Source: Octopus vulgaris
Lineage: Eukaryota
Assembly (NCBI GenBank): GCA_951406725.2
Contig: OX597824.1
Span: forward strand, 88,040,001-88,104,000
Length of the DNA stretch: 64,000 bases
Direction of reading: 5' to 3'
The notes beneath the pieces were generated by a model, which had not been told where the DNA came from, searched no databases, and saw only the letters and a list, made by a program, of their open reading frames with translations. A program made the translations under genes and the position numbers. Below are positions 52,756-64,000 of the stretch, piece by piece (position 1 is the stretch's first letter; the number at the start of each line of letters is the position of its first letter).

Positions 52756-52994
52756 GGCAATGGGAAGCTGGCAGAAATGTTAACATGCCAAACAGTATGC
52801 TTAGCAGTATTTCTTCTGGGTTTAGGTTCTGGGTTCAAGTGTTGCTGAGATCAACTTTGCCTGCCGTCCTTTCAGGGTCGATATAATAAGTACCAGTTAA
52901 GCACTTGGGGCCAATGTGATCGACTTAGTCTCCACCTGCATGAAATTTCAGGCCTTGTGCCTATAGTAGAAAGGATTATTATTATTATTATTAT

Positions 52995-53032
<38 letters not shown>

Positions 53033-53094
53033 ATGGTGGTGGTGGTGGTGGTGGTGGTGATGGTGGTGGTAGTAGTAGTAGTAGTAGTAATAGC

Positions 53095-53137
<43 letters not shown>

Positions 53138-53748
53138 TTAAGGCAGTGAGCTGGCAGAACCATTAGCACACCAGGCAAATGGTGAACGGTATATTATCTG
53201 TCTCTATGTTCTGAGTTCAAATTCTGTTGAAATCGATTTTTGTTTTTCGTTCTTTTGGGGGGTCGTTAAAATAAGGACCAGCCAAACACTAGGGTCAATG
53301 TAATCAAATTATACTGCCCTCCCCCCAAAAAACCAGCTGGCCTTCTGCCAAAATTTGAAATCATTATTGTTAATATTAAGGCAGTGAGTTGGCAGACCCA
53401 TAAGGCTGTGAGCTGGCAGAATCGGTAGCACGCCTGTCACTATGTTCTGAGTTCAAATCCTGCAGAGATCACCTTTGCCTTTTGTCCTTTCGGGGTCGAT
53501 GAATTGAGTACCAGTGAAACACTGGGGTTGATGTAATTGCCTAGTCCCCTCCTCGAAAATGTCAGGCTTTGAGCTTTTAGTAGAAAGGATTATTATTATT
53601 AATATCATTATTATTATTATCATTATTATTAGTAGTAGTGATGGTGGTGGTGGTGGTGGTGGTGGTGGTGGTGGTGGTGATGGTGGCGGCGGTGGCGGTG
53701 GCGGCAGTGGTGGCAGCAGTGGTGGTGGCGGCGGCAGTAGTGGCATTG

Positions 53749-53788
<40 letters not shown>

Positions 53789-54349
53789 TAGTAGTAGCAG
53801 CAGTACGAAAAGTATTATTAGAATTATTTGCTAGAATTGTTGGAGAAATTACTTTTAGAAATGATTTATTCGAATAGTCAAAAAAAAAAAAAAGGAAAAT
53901 AGCTAGAAGCGATCATTATTATTAATATTACGGGTTGTTTCTATCTCCATCAATTCCTATAGAAATCAATACTCATACAAAAGAAAGAAAATGTAACAAA
54001 ATTATATTTTTATATATCGAATTCCTATTTCCAAAGTGTTTCGCTATTGTTGGTTATAATTTAAAGAGTTGCAGTGCTTAGAGGTATTTTGGTTTTCTTT
54101 TTCCTGTTTTTACTATTATGTTGATTATAATTACAGCAAATAATAGCATTTTCCTTTCTTGTTTTCTTTTTTTTTGTGTGTGTGTATTTTTAAATATGTT
54201 AGCTAAAGGAGAAGATACAATAATCATGACCTTTGCAGACTCTCACAGACCAGCAGGAAGGAAAAAGGAAAACAAAAATAACCTATCAGTCATACACACA
54301 CAATGATATTTTTGTTGCTACTGATGACAGGTGAGGAATGTTGTCAGAT

Positions 54350-54363
54350 ACATATATACATAC

Positions 54364-54443
<80 letters not shown>

Positions 54444-54676
54444 TATGTTCATATATTTGTATGTATATCTGTATATGAACACACACATTCATATATTTAG
54501 ACATATCTAGATAGCTATTCATATAGGTGTGTGTGTGTGTGAGTATATAAGATTAATCAACCAAAATTGCGAGGATGATCCGGTTCTTGACTGAAGATTA
54601 AAGGCTTCGAATGACGGGTCCATGTTTTTTGTATCATCTATCTGGATGTTTCATGTTCTTGTCCCATTTTGTATTT

Positions 54677-54751
<75 letters not shown>

Positions 54752-54980
54752 AAAACAGAAAATGGAGAAATATTGATGAACAACAATTGACTTACATCAT
54801 GTTTTCTTGATAAACCCATGTTTATCCTTGTTTTTACCTATAATTTATGAGCATAATATGCTTGCATATGTATGCCCATGGTTAAACATAGGTAATATAC
54901 CGGTAGTGTAATGGATACTTCTATCCCTTAGATGGTTATTTTAACCTCTAACTCAACTAACCTAACATGTGTGTATGAGC

Positions 54981-55015
<35 letters not shown>

Positions 55016-55128
55016 CACATATATATATATATATATAATCATATATATATATATATGTGTGTATATAGATACATACATACTTACATATATATATGTATAT
55101 ATATATAATGTATATACACACACATACA

Positions 55129-55184
<56 letters not shown>

Positions 55185-55263
55185 ACCTATAATTGCAGGT
55201 ATTGATAACATTCATTCTGTCTTTTCTCATCAGGAAGTGCCTGATTCAGTCTAACACCTGTAT

Positions 55264-55338
<75 letters not shown>

Positions 55339-55571
55339 CACACAGCATAGTCCAATGAAAGCTTACATAGCCAAAATTTCATAAAGTAGCTGTTAACCTT
55401 TACCTTGTAAATGCATAACGTGTATGTCAGTCTATTGAAATGCATTGACGTGGTCCTTCAGTTGAGTGTTTGGCAGTTTTCATAAATGACTTTACATGAA
55501 AACAAGCATTAATATATCCACAAACATTTTACATGTAACACACACGCACACACACATATATACATATATAT

Positions 55572-55657
<86 letters not shown>

Positions 55658-55675
55658 ATATGTATGTATATATAT

Positions 55676-55757
<82 letters not shown>

Positions 55758-55931
55758 TATGTATGTGTATATATATTTATATATACAACATATATTTGTG
55801 ATATGTATGTATGTATAAGTAATGTATACTTGTGATATATATGTGATACATATAAGTATATACATATATACATTTATATGTATATATGCATACATACATA
55901 CATATATATACATACATACATACATATATGT

Positions 55932-55966
<35 letters not shown>

Positions 55967-55977
55967 CATATATAAAC

Positions 55978-56010
<33 letters not shown>

Positions 56011-56198
56011 TGTATGTATGTATGTATGTATGTATGTATGTATGTATGTATGTATGTATGTATGTATGTATGTATGTATGTATGTATGTATGTATGTATG
56101 TATGTATGTATGTATGTATGTGTATACATATATGTATACACACACACACTCACAATGTAATATAATACATAAATATTAACATCTGATTATATGTGTAC

Positions 56199-56230
<32 letters not shown>

Positions 56231-56243
56231 GTATATATGTATG

Positions 56244-56289
<46 letters not shown>

Positions 56290-56676
56290 TGCACATACAT
56301 ATTCAATCACTGTTTACAGGGGGAAAAAATCACCACGAAATTTACACAAATATGAAGCATAGAGTCGGAAACATGTGATGCACTAAAATATTCACGCTTA
56401 GCAATGGTGGGTGACATTGGCAGTGACAGAAGAATGAGAGCAAGGTTTGTGAGGAAAAAAAAAAGGAAGGTTGTTAGAACAAATACGGAATCACAGAAGA
56501 AATGTATATGTTTTAGATGTTATCATAGAATAATGTCTAAATGCTAAAGTAATCAGAACCAAAATTTGCACCTCATTAATTCTGTCTGTGTTCCTTCTTC
56601 TTCTTCTTCTTCTTTGCTTTTGGTTTACCTTCTCCTGCCCCTCTTTCCATCCATTTGCAACACGTACACCAATTGT

Positions 56677-56728
<52 letters not shown>

Positions 56729-56735
56729 CTTCTAC

Positions 56736-56830
<95 letters not shown>

Positions 56831-57430
56831 CATACATATATATACAGACAGACACAAGCATAGATACATTCATATATATGTATATACATACATGCATACA
56901 CACACATACATACATACATTCATATATTCATGCATACATACATACATACATACATACATACATACATACATACATTCATACATACATACATGCATGCATG
57001 CATACATACATACATATATGCATACATACATACATACATACATTCATACATTCATACATACATTCATACATACATACATGCATGCATACATACTTACATA
57101 CATACATACATTCATACATACATTCATACATACATACATGCATGCATACATACATACATACATACATACATACATGCATACATACATACATACATACATA
57201 CATATACAGATACATGCATGTATACATGCATGCACATATATATGTGTGCACATTGCATGCGATTCTACATATATACACATACACACATATAAACACATTC
57301 ATGCTTGTACATGCATGTAAATGCTTGCATATACGAAAATATACTTAGAGACGTGTATGTGTATGTATGTATGTGTGTGCATGTGTGCATGCATGTGTGC
57401 GTATGCATCTATAGACGTCTGTGTATGTGA
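54350..57430. repeat. Dense (TA)n/(CA)n/(TACA)n/(CT)n microsatellite field
   Basis: Directly visible; further tracts at 38460-38830, 40804-40902, 45835-46040 and 61970-63285. Confidence 0.95.
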
Positions 57431-59206
57431 GAGTGGAGTGGATAATGAAAATCTGAATGAGCTAATTATGTACATTATTCATGGAAAGCCAAGAAACTGC
57501 ATTTTAAATCTAGCTTTATATTCATGAGGCGTTGGGGAGGGCCCAAATACTTAATTCTGTTTTATGCTCACAGCAACTCAATCGAATTCAAATGTTAGCT
57601 ATGTAATGCTTTCTTCTGGATCACACTGCCGAAGCCATTAAAAGCATTTCTGTGTAAATAAATTGTTTATCAAAGTCCACATACACAAAATTAATGAGGC
57701 TTAGATAGTAACCAGAGCTGTCTTGACAGCTTTTTAAATCCCTACCGACACCAACAGCAGGTAAAACATTGCACTGGGGGGTCTATAGTATTTATTTGTT
57801 GACAGCAAATAACAGCATATATACATAATTATTGGGCTCCCAGACCCAAGGGATCCCCTGAGTAGCTATCCTGCGTCCCCATACCTTAAGAGAAGACTGC
57901 GAGTAAACAATATCTCGTTAGGTTCCATAATGAAACAATTATCCTCCATTGACTCTTGTGTAGCTTTTTTATTCATTTTATTTGTGAAAAATAAACTGTA
58001 TTAAGAAATTACCTGTGCTGGAACTAATTAAATATAAACAGGTACATTCAGAACTGATTGCTACCTGTGGAATATTGATTTCTAAAAAAACATGCACAAA
58101 ATCCTACGATTCTAAGATAAGTATCGCTGGTGGCCCCAGTTCAGTGATGGCAAACCTCTGTCGTTGCATGTCGAGAGGGACATGCTAAAGGTATTTAGTT
58201 GAGACATGATGGTCTTTGAAAACCAAAAATCCCTCTGTAGTACTGGGTTATAAAAAGTTTATTGTAAATGTTTACTGAAAACTAAACTATGTGCAAACAG
58301 GTAAGTGATAACAGGTAAGTAAACATTCCAGACATAATAGGTTTGCAGTCATTGCCTTATTTCTTGACTAATATTTATTTTATCCATCCAGAAAATTGAA
58401 AGGCAAATTTAACCCCAGCAAGATTATAGTTCGCAGTGTTTAGGGATGTAACTAAATAACACCAGGCATTTTGCCCATCACTTTATCAATTCTACAATCC
58501 ACTGTCCTTTTATCTAAATAATACTCCTAGTTTTCATCATCATCATCATCATTGTGGCAATAACTGAGTGCCAAGAAAACTGATTGTAGAGACTTTCTCA
58601 CATTCTATATCGAAGACAGAATGGATTTAGGAGTATTATTATTTATTCATTGCAATCATTTAAGTCTCTCGCACAGTTTAATAAAAAGAGAGGGATGTCT
58701 TACTTTTCCATTCCAGACCAGCTATAAAAGTAAGACTCTTAATTTATTTAATATCATCAATAATATTGTTGTATATTTCTCAATTACAACAAAAAAACCA
58801 TCACTAATATTTGCTTTTGAATATTCCTCCGTGCTGATTTTAAAAAGGTTTTCATCAATTATAAACCTCTAAACTATGACTTATCAAAAATATTAAAATC
58901 CATTAATATTACTCATTCACTTGTGTTATAACATCTTTCTTTGGATATCACTGATATGGATTATCCTTCGTTATAATTTAAAGACAGGTTCTGACTGATA
59001 TTTTACGCTTTTAGTCATTTGACCGTGGCCATGCTGGAGCACCGCCTTTTAGTCGAGCAAATCGAGCCCAGGACTTATTCTTTGTAAGCCAAGTACTTAT
59101 TCTATCGGCCTCTTTTGGCGAACCGCTTAGTTACGGGCACGTAAACACACCAGCATCAGTTGTCAAGCAATGTTGGGGAGACAAACACAGACATACAAAC
59201 ATATAT

Positions 59207-59274
<68 letters not shown>

Positions 59275-62150
59275 ATATATGTATGTGTGTGTATTATATA
59301 TTACTCATTATATATTGATCATTCATTTTTATACTTTTTGAGATCTAGTTATAAGTTATATGTTTTATAAAAATATATATTATTTGTTATTTATGGTTTG
59401 GTTTATGTCTATCACTGTTTGAGTTGCATAATAGTGGTTTTGTCTCTAATTTATATTTCATATATATATATACATATATACAACGGGCTTCTTTCAGTTT
59501 CTGTCTACCAAATCCATTCACAAGGCTTTGGTCGGCCCAAGGCTATAATAGAAGATACTTGCCCAAGGTGCCACGCAGCGGGACTGAACCCAGAACCATG
59601 TGGTTCGTAAGCAAGCTACATACCACACAGCCACTCCTACGCCTATTTGTAAATATATCTATCCCTTCCTGCATTTACTTTTGTGGAACTTCAGTCGAAG
59701 TTTCGCAAAGATTTTGTAATCTCCATGTAAGATAATTGTTTCCCAAGAGAAGCACTAAAAGATGAGAGTTTTTTTGGTTGTTTTTTTTGCTTGTTTCGTT
59801 TTTTTTAAAGTTAGAACTGATAGTAACAACTTAAGGAACGAAGAAATTGATACGATATGATTATGCTTAAAATATGATAAATTCACAATGTTTTGCATAT
59901 ACATTAATTTTGTCTGTATCAGGTGGTTATATAAAGATGGAGGGTGGAGAGTTTGGGAAATGAAACAAAGGATGAGGATGGAAGAGCAGCAGGGGGGGAC
60001 ATTAATGGGTGAAAAAAAAGAGAAAGACGTACTGAGAATTTGGTAGGAAATCTGTATATGTAAACATTATCTGTATTTCTGTCAAGATATTTTGGAAGTT
60101 AGCATTGATCTTTTCCTGTTGAGAAAAATATCATTATCATTAGAAAAATAAAACTCTTCATAAATACTTTTTTTTTCTTTTTTTTTTAATATTTATATAA
60201 GCTTTTGAGCAAAATGGATTGAAAGACAGGCAAGATAGAGAAGAAGGAAGGAAATTACAGCAGCGGAATACAAGCAGATATTAGAGAATAAAATCATCTT
60301 AATTGTGTGTTTAGCATTTTCCAAGGACAAATTCTTATTTGATGTTCGGCTGATATGTATCAAGACAACATTTGTAGTGATGTCATTAACAAAGATTTCT
60401 GTCGTTGAAGAAAAGATGAAATGCTTCAACGATACCAAAGCAATAAAACAAACAACTACTTAATCTAACTTGAGGAACTCTTTTTTTTATATATGTATAT
60501 ATATATGTATAATATTGAAATATAAGATATCTTACCCTAATCCCCACTTCAAAGGTTGAACGAGAAAGTATTTGTTACAAATAAAAGCTATCTCATTAAT
60601 TTCAAATTTCACCTGCATTTTATCAATGATATATCGTATGTAGCCATTGTAAATTTTTATCACTCAAACAAGAACTCAGATTTTTAGCGAAAATACATTG
60701 CTTCATTGATAGGAAGTGCAACTCAGTGATTCTTCCACTATTCGGAATATGTGTTTGCATGTTTATTCATTTGAATCTACAGCAGCTCTCTAGCATTGCT
60801 AATCCTAGTAGCAGCAATAAAGGCAGCTGCAGTAGCTGCATCAGTAACGACTTGGATGGAGGTTGTTACAGTAGTAATAAATAGAAGCTGTGTTCCCCTC
60901 CCATTACTACTGAGCTACCTTTAAAATTATCTGGTATTGCTTATGCAGTAGCAGTCAGTAACAGTGAGTCAAAATGTAGTTCTGTTTTACACTGATTGGA
61001 TAATTTAGCAATATAATGTGACAGTCAGTTTTTTTAGTAACACAGTAGTACTAGTTGCAAAATAGTGTTAAGATTTGTAACAACCACAAATGGACATTTG
61101 ATATAATAATATCAAATAAATTCAACATTCAGTATTATGTTCAGTAAAGGTTGCATGTTAATAGAAACATGTAGCAGTCTCCTTCAAAATACAATGAGTT
61201 CTTCAGAATGCCTTTCTACAGGTTGATAGCCTACATTAGCCATGCAACAATATATAACCATTTTATTCTTATTTTGTGACTAAAGACACACACAATATAC
61301 AGATGTAAATTCAACACACGGAATGATACTTCAGCCACACAGACAGAAACACACACATACACAACTACACAAGTGCACAAGTACACAAGTACACAAGCAA
61401 TATCATTATTTTTATAATCACCCCAGTTTTGTATAATCTCGTTATCTTTTCTTTCAGTGTTGGCATGCGTGTTTGACTGATCTGCGGTGTTTTCTCTTCC
61501 TAAATTTGTTCATGTCCTTATAATTCTTACATCCGCTGTGGCCACTTCATTACAGATCTAGTGTTTTCTACGTCTACGTTGGCTGTTAGCTGCAACCCAC
61601 TCAGAGAAGAGAAAAAAAAAATCTACTCATTCCTGTCATCCGTTTCCATCACATGGAATAATCGAGGCAATTTATGCCGGGTTAAAAAGGTGCCATGAGT
61701 TAGTTGTGGAATGTACCTATGACAAAGGTAAAATCGAGGAGAACGTTGCCAAAAAATCAGAGAGGTCAAATCTAAGTGCGTTGGTTCTCATGAATGAGTT
61801 TACACAGGAACGGAGATGCAGAGATGGATGTTGAGTAGTAGACCATGCAACCCATCCAACCCACGCAACGAAGGGAAAAAGAACGGATGATAATGGTGGC
61901 TTTGGATATAATAAATAATATATAAATAAGATATATATAATATATAGCTATATTTGTATGCATACATTACATATTATGCATATATTATGCGTGTGTGTGT
62001 GTATGTATGCTTGTGTATGTGTGTGTGTGTGTATATGTATGCACATGTGTGTGAGTATATGTATATGTATGCAATATAAATGTATGTAGGTGTGTGCATA
62101 TATATATATATATATATTTTTTTACATGTATGTATGTATATATGTGTATG

Positions 62151-62235
<85 letters not shown>

Positions 62236-62290
62236 TCAAAATAAGCAACAAGAAATATATATATACATACATATATATATATATACACAC

Positions 62291-62409
<119 letters not shown>

Positions 62410-63126
62410 GATGCATATAAGCAGGCATACTCAAAGTAACCTTACTGATGAAGCTAGAAATATCAGTGATAGCAAGCAATCCCTCTTTTACTATAAAGCA
62501 AAAGAACAAGTGAGGGACCTTCTATATGATTACCTGACCTGCTACAAATAACAGCCAAAAACTCCCTCAAAAAAAACTGCACGTTTTCTTAATAAAAAGA
62601 ACACATAGGGTACTCTAGACCAAGATACATTATACCTGCAAAATTTAATGGGATGGTCAAGGCCGGAGTGCTTTAGATGAAGGATCTTCTTGGCTATAGT
62701 TGATGTAGGACAAAGCAATAACAACAAACCAGTCTACCTTAACATGTATAAGTGATGCTCAATGTAGCAGTGACATATATCAAGACAGCAAAGCGAGGAT
62801 TATAACTGAAGTATTTCCATTTCTTTATCACGCTAATCTAATTCATTGTAAGTGTAAATGGCATCGGTGTGTAAAGAAAAATTATGCGGCTTCATATAAT
62901 TAGGTTTTAGAGCTTTCAGCTTGCTGTGTGGGTGGAGAGATATACTTTGAAGAATCAGACACGAGTACTCAGTTCATTGATTCTTCAGGTTATATACACT
63001 GTATAGACTGTATACATACCTGAATTACTATACATAGGATAGTGTATATATGTATACAAATATATATATACATGCATATATATATATATGTGTGTATATA
63101 TATGTATGTATACATATATATATGCA

Positions 63127-63213
<87 letters not shown>

Positions 63214-63254
63214 GTATACATATATATGCATATATGTATACATATATATGCATA

Positions 63255-63285
<31 letters not shown>

Positions 63286-63508
63286 TCTTTTGTTCTTTTA
63301 CTTGTTTCAGTCATTTGACTGCAGCCATGCTGGAGCACTGCCTTTAGTCGAACAAATCGACCCAAGGACTTATTCTTTATAAGCCTAGTACTTATTCTAT
63401 TAGTCTCTTTTGCCGAGCTGCTAAGTTACGGGGATGTAAACACACCACCATCAGTTGTCAAGTGATGTTGGGAGGGACAAACACAGACACATAAATGTAT
63501 ACACACGC

Positions 63509-63583
<75 letters not shown>

Positions 63584-64000
63584 TACGACAGGCTTCTTTC
63601 AGTTTCCGTCTACCAAATCCACTCACAAGGTTTTGGTCAGCCCAAGGCTATAGTAGAAGACACTTGTCCAATGTGCCCTGCAGTGGGACTGAACCCGGAA
63701 CCATGTGGTTTGTAAGCAAGCTACTTACCACACAGCTACTCCTATATCATTGAATCTATCTATCCATCTATTCACCCATCTATCCATTTACCATTTACCC
63801 ATGGATATACACTCACAGTCACAAACAAAATGAATTATATATACATTTGCATGTGCCTACATGCATGTATGTGTGTGTGTGTGTATATATATATTTAATG
63901 TAGGATAAAAGTTTTTTGAAAAAAATTTTATCAATGGCCAGCATATTAAAAAAATACCTTTAAAGGTTAAAATTATAAACAACTTATAAATAAGGGCAAA

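Noticed and set aside
54545-54680. (TA)n-associated short sequence with CTGAAGA..GAAT
   Set aside because: No convincing stem II and no GAAA; left unclassified.
62440-62470. ctgatgaagctagaaa as a hammerhead core
   Set aside because: No stem II; it is a simple actgat/atcagt hairpin.

Overview
Eukaryotic, AT-rich, extremely microsatellite- and SINE-dense DNA; the repeat landscape points to an octopus or other coleoid cephalopod (inference). One host gene is visible: a ~5.96-kb minus-strand exon (17008-22962) of a stonin/stoned gene. It encodes, in one uninterrupted frame, a Stoned-A-like N-terminal motif, about 20 DPF motifs, a 12x42-bp coding repeat, 7 NPF motifs, the stonin homology domain and most of the mu-homology domain. 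The last exon(s) were not found in the window. The rest is intronic or intergenic and holds a tRNA-Asp(GTC), two (TAA)n-inserted R4/Dong-type RLE retrotransposons, an old Penelope-like element split by nested insertions, mariner, CR1, RTE and CRE remnants, Helitrons, a Helentron-type HINE, piggyBac- and Tc2/pogo-type MITEs, foldbacks and at least five SINE families. The most notable points are (i) three unrelated short elements carrying minimal hammerhead-ribozyme motifs, one behind a tRNA-like Pol III head, (ii) an apparent Stoned-A/Stoned-B fusion in one ORF, and (iii) a tRNA-Asp lacking its terminator and running into a SINE tail. Repeat coordinates were read by eye and may be off by 10-20 bp.
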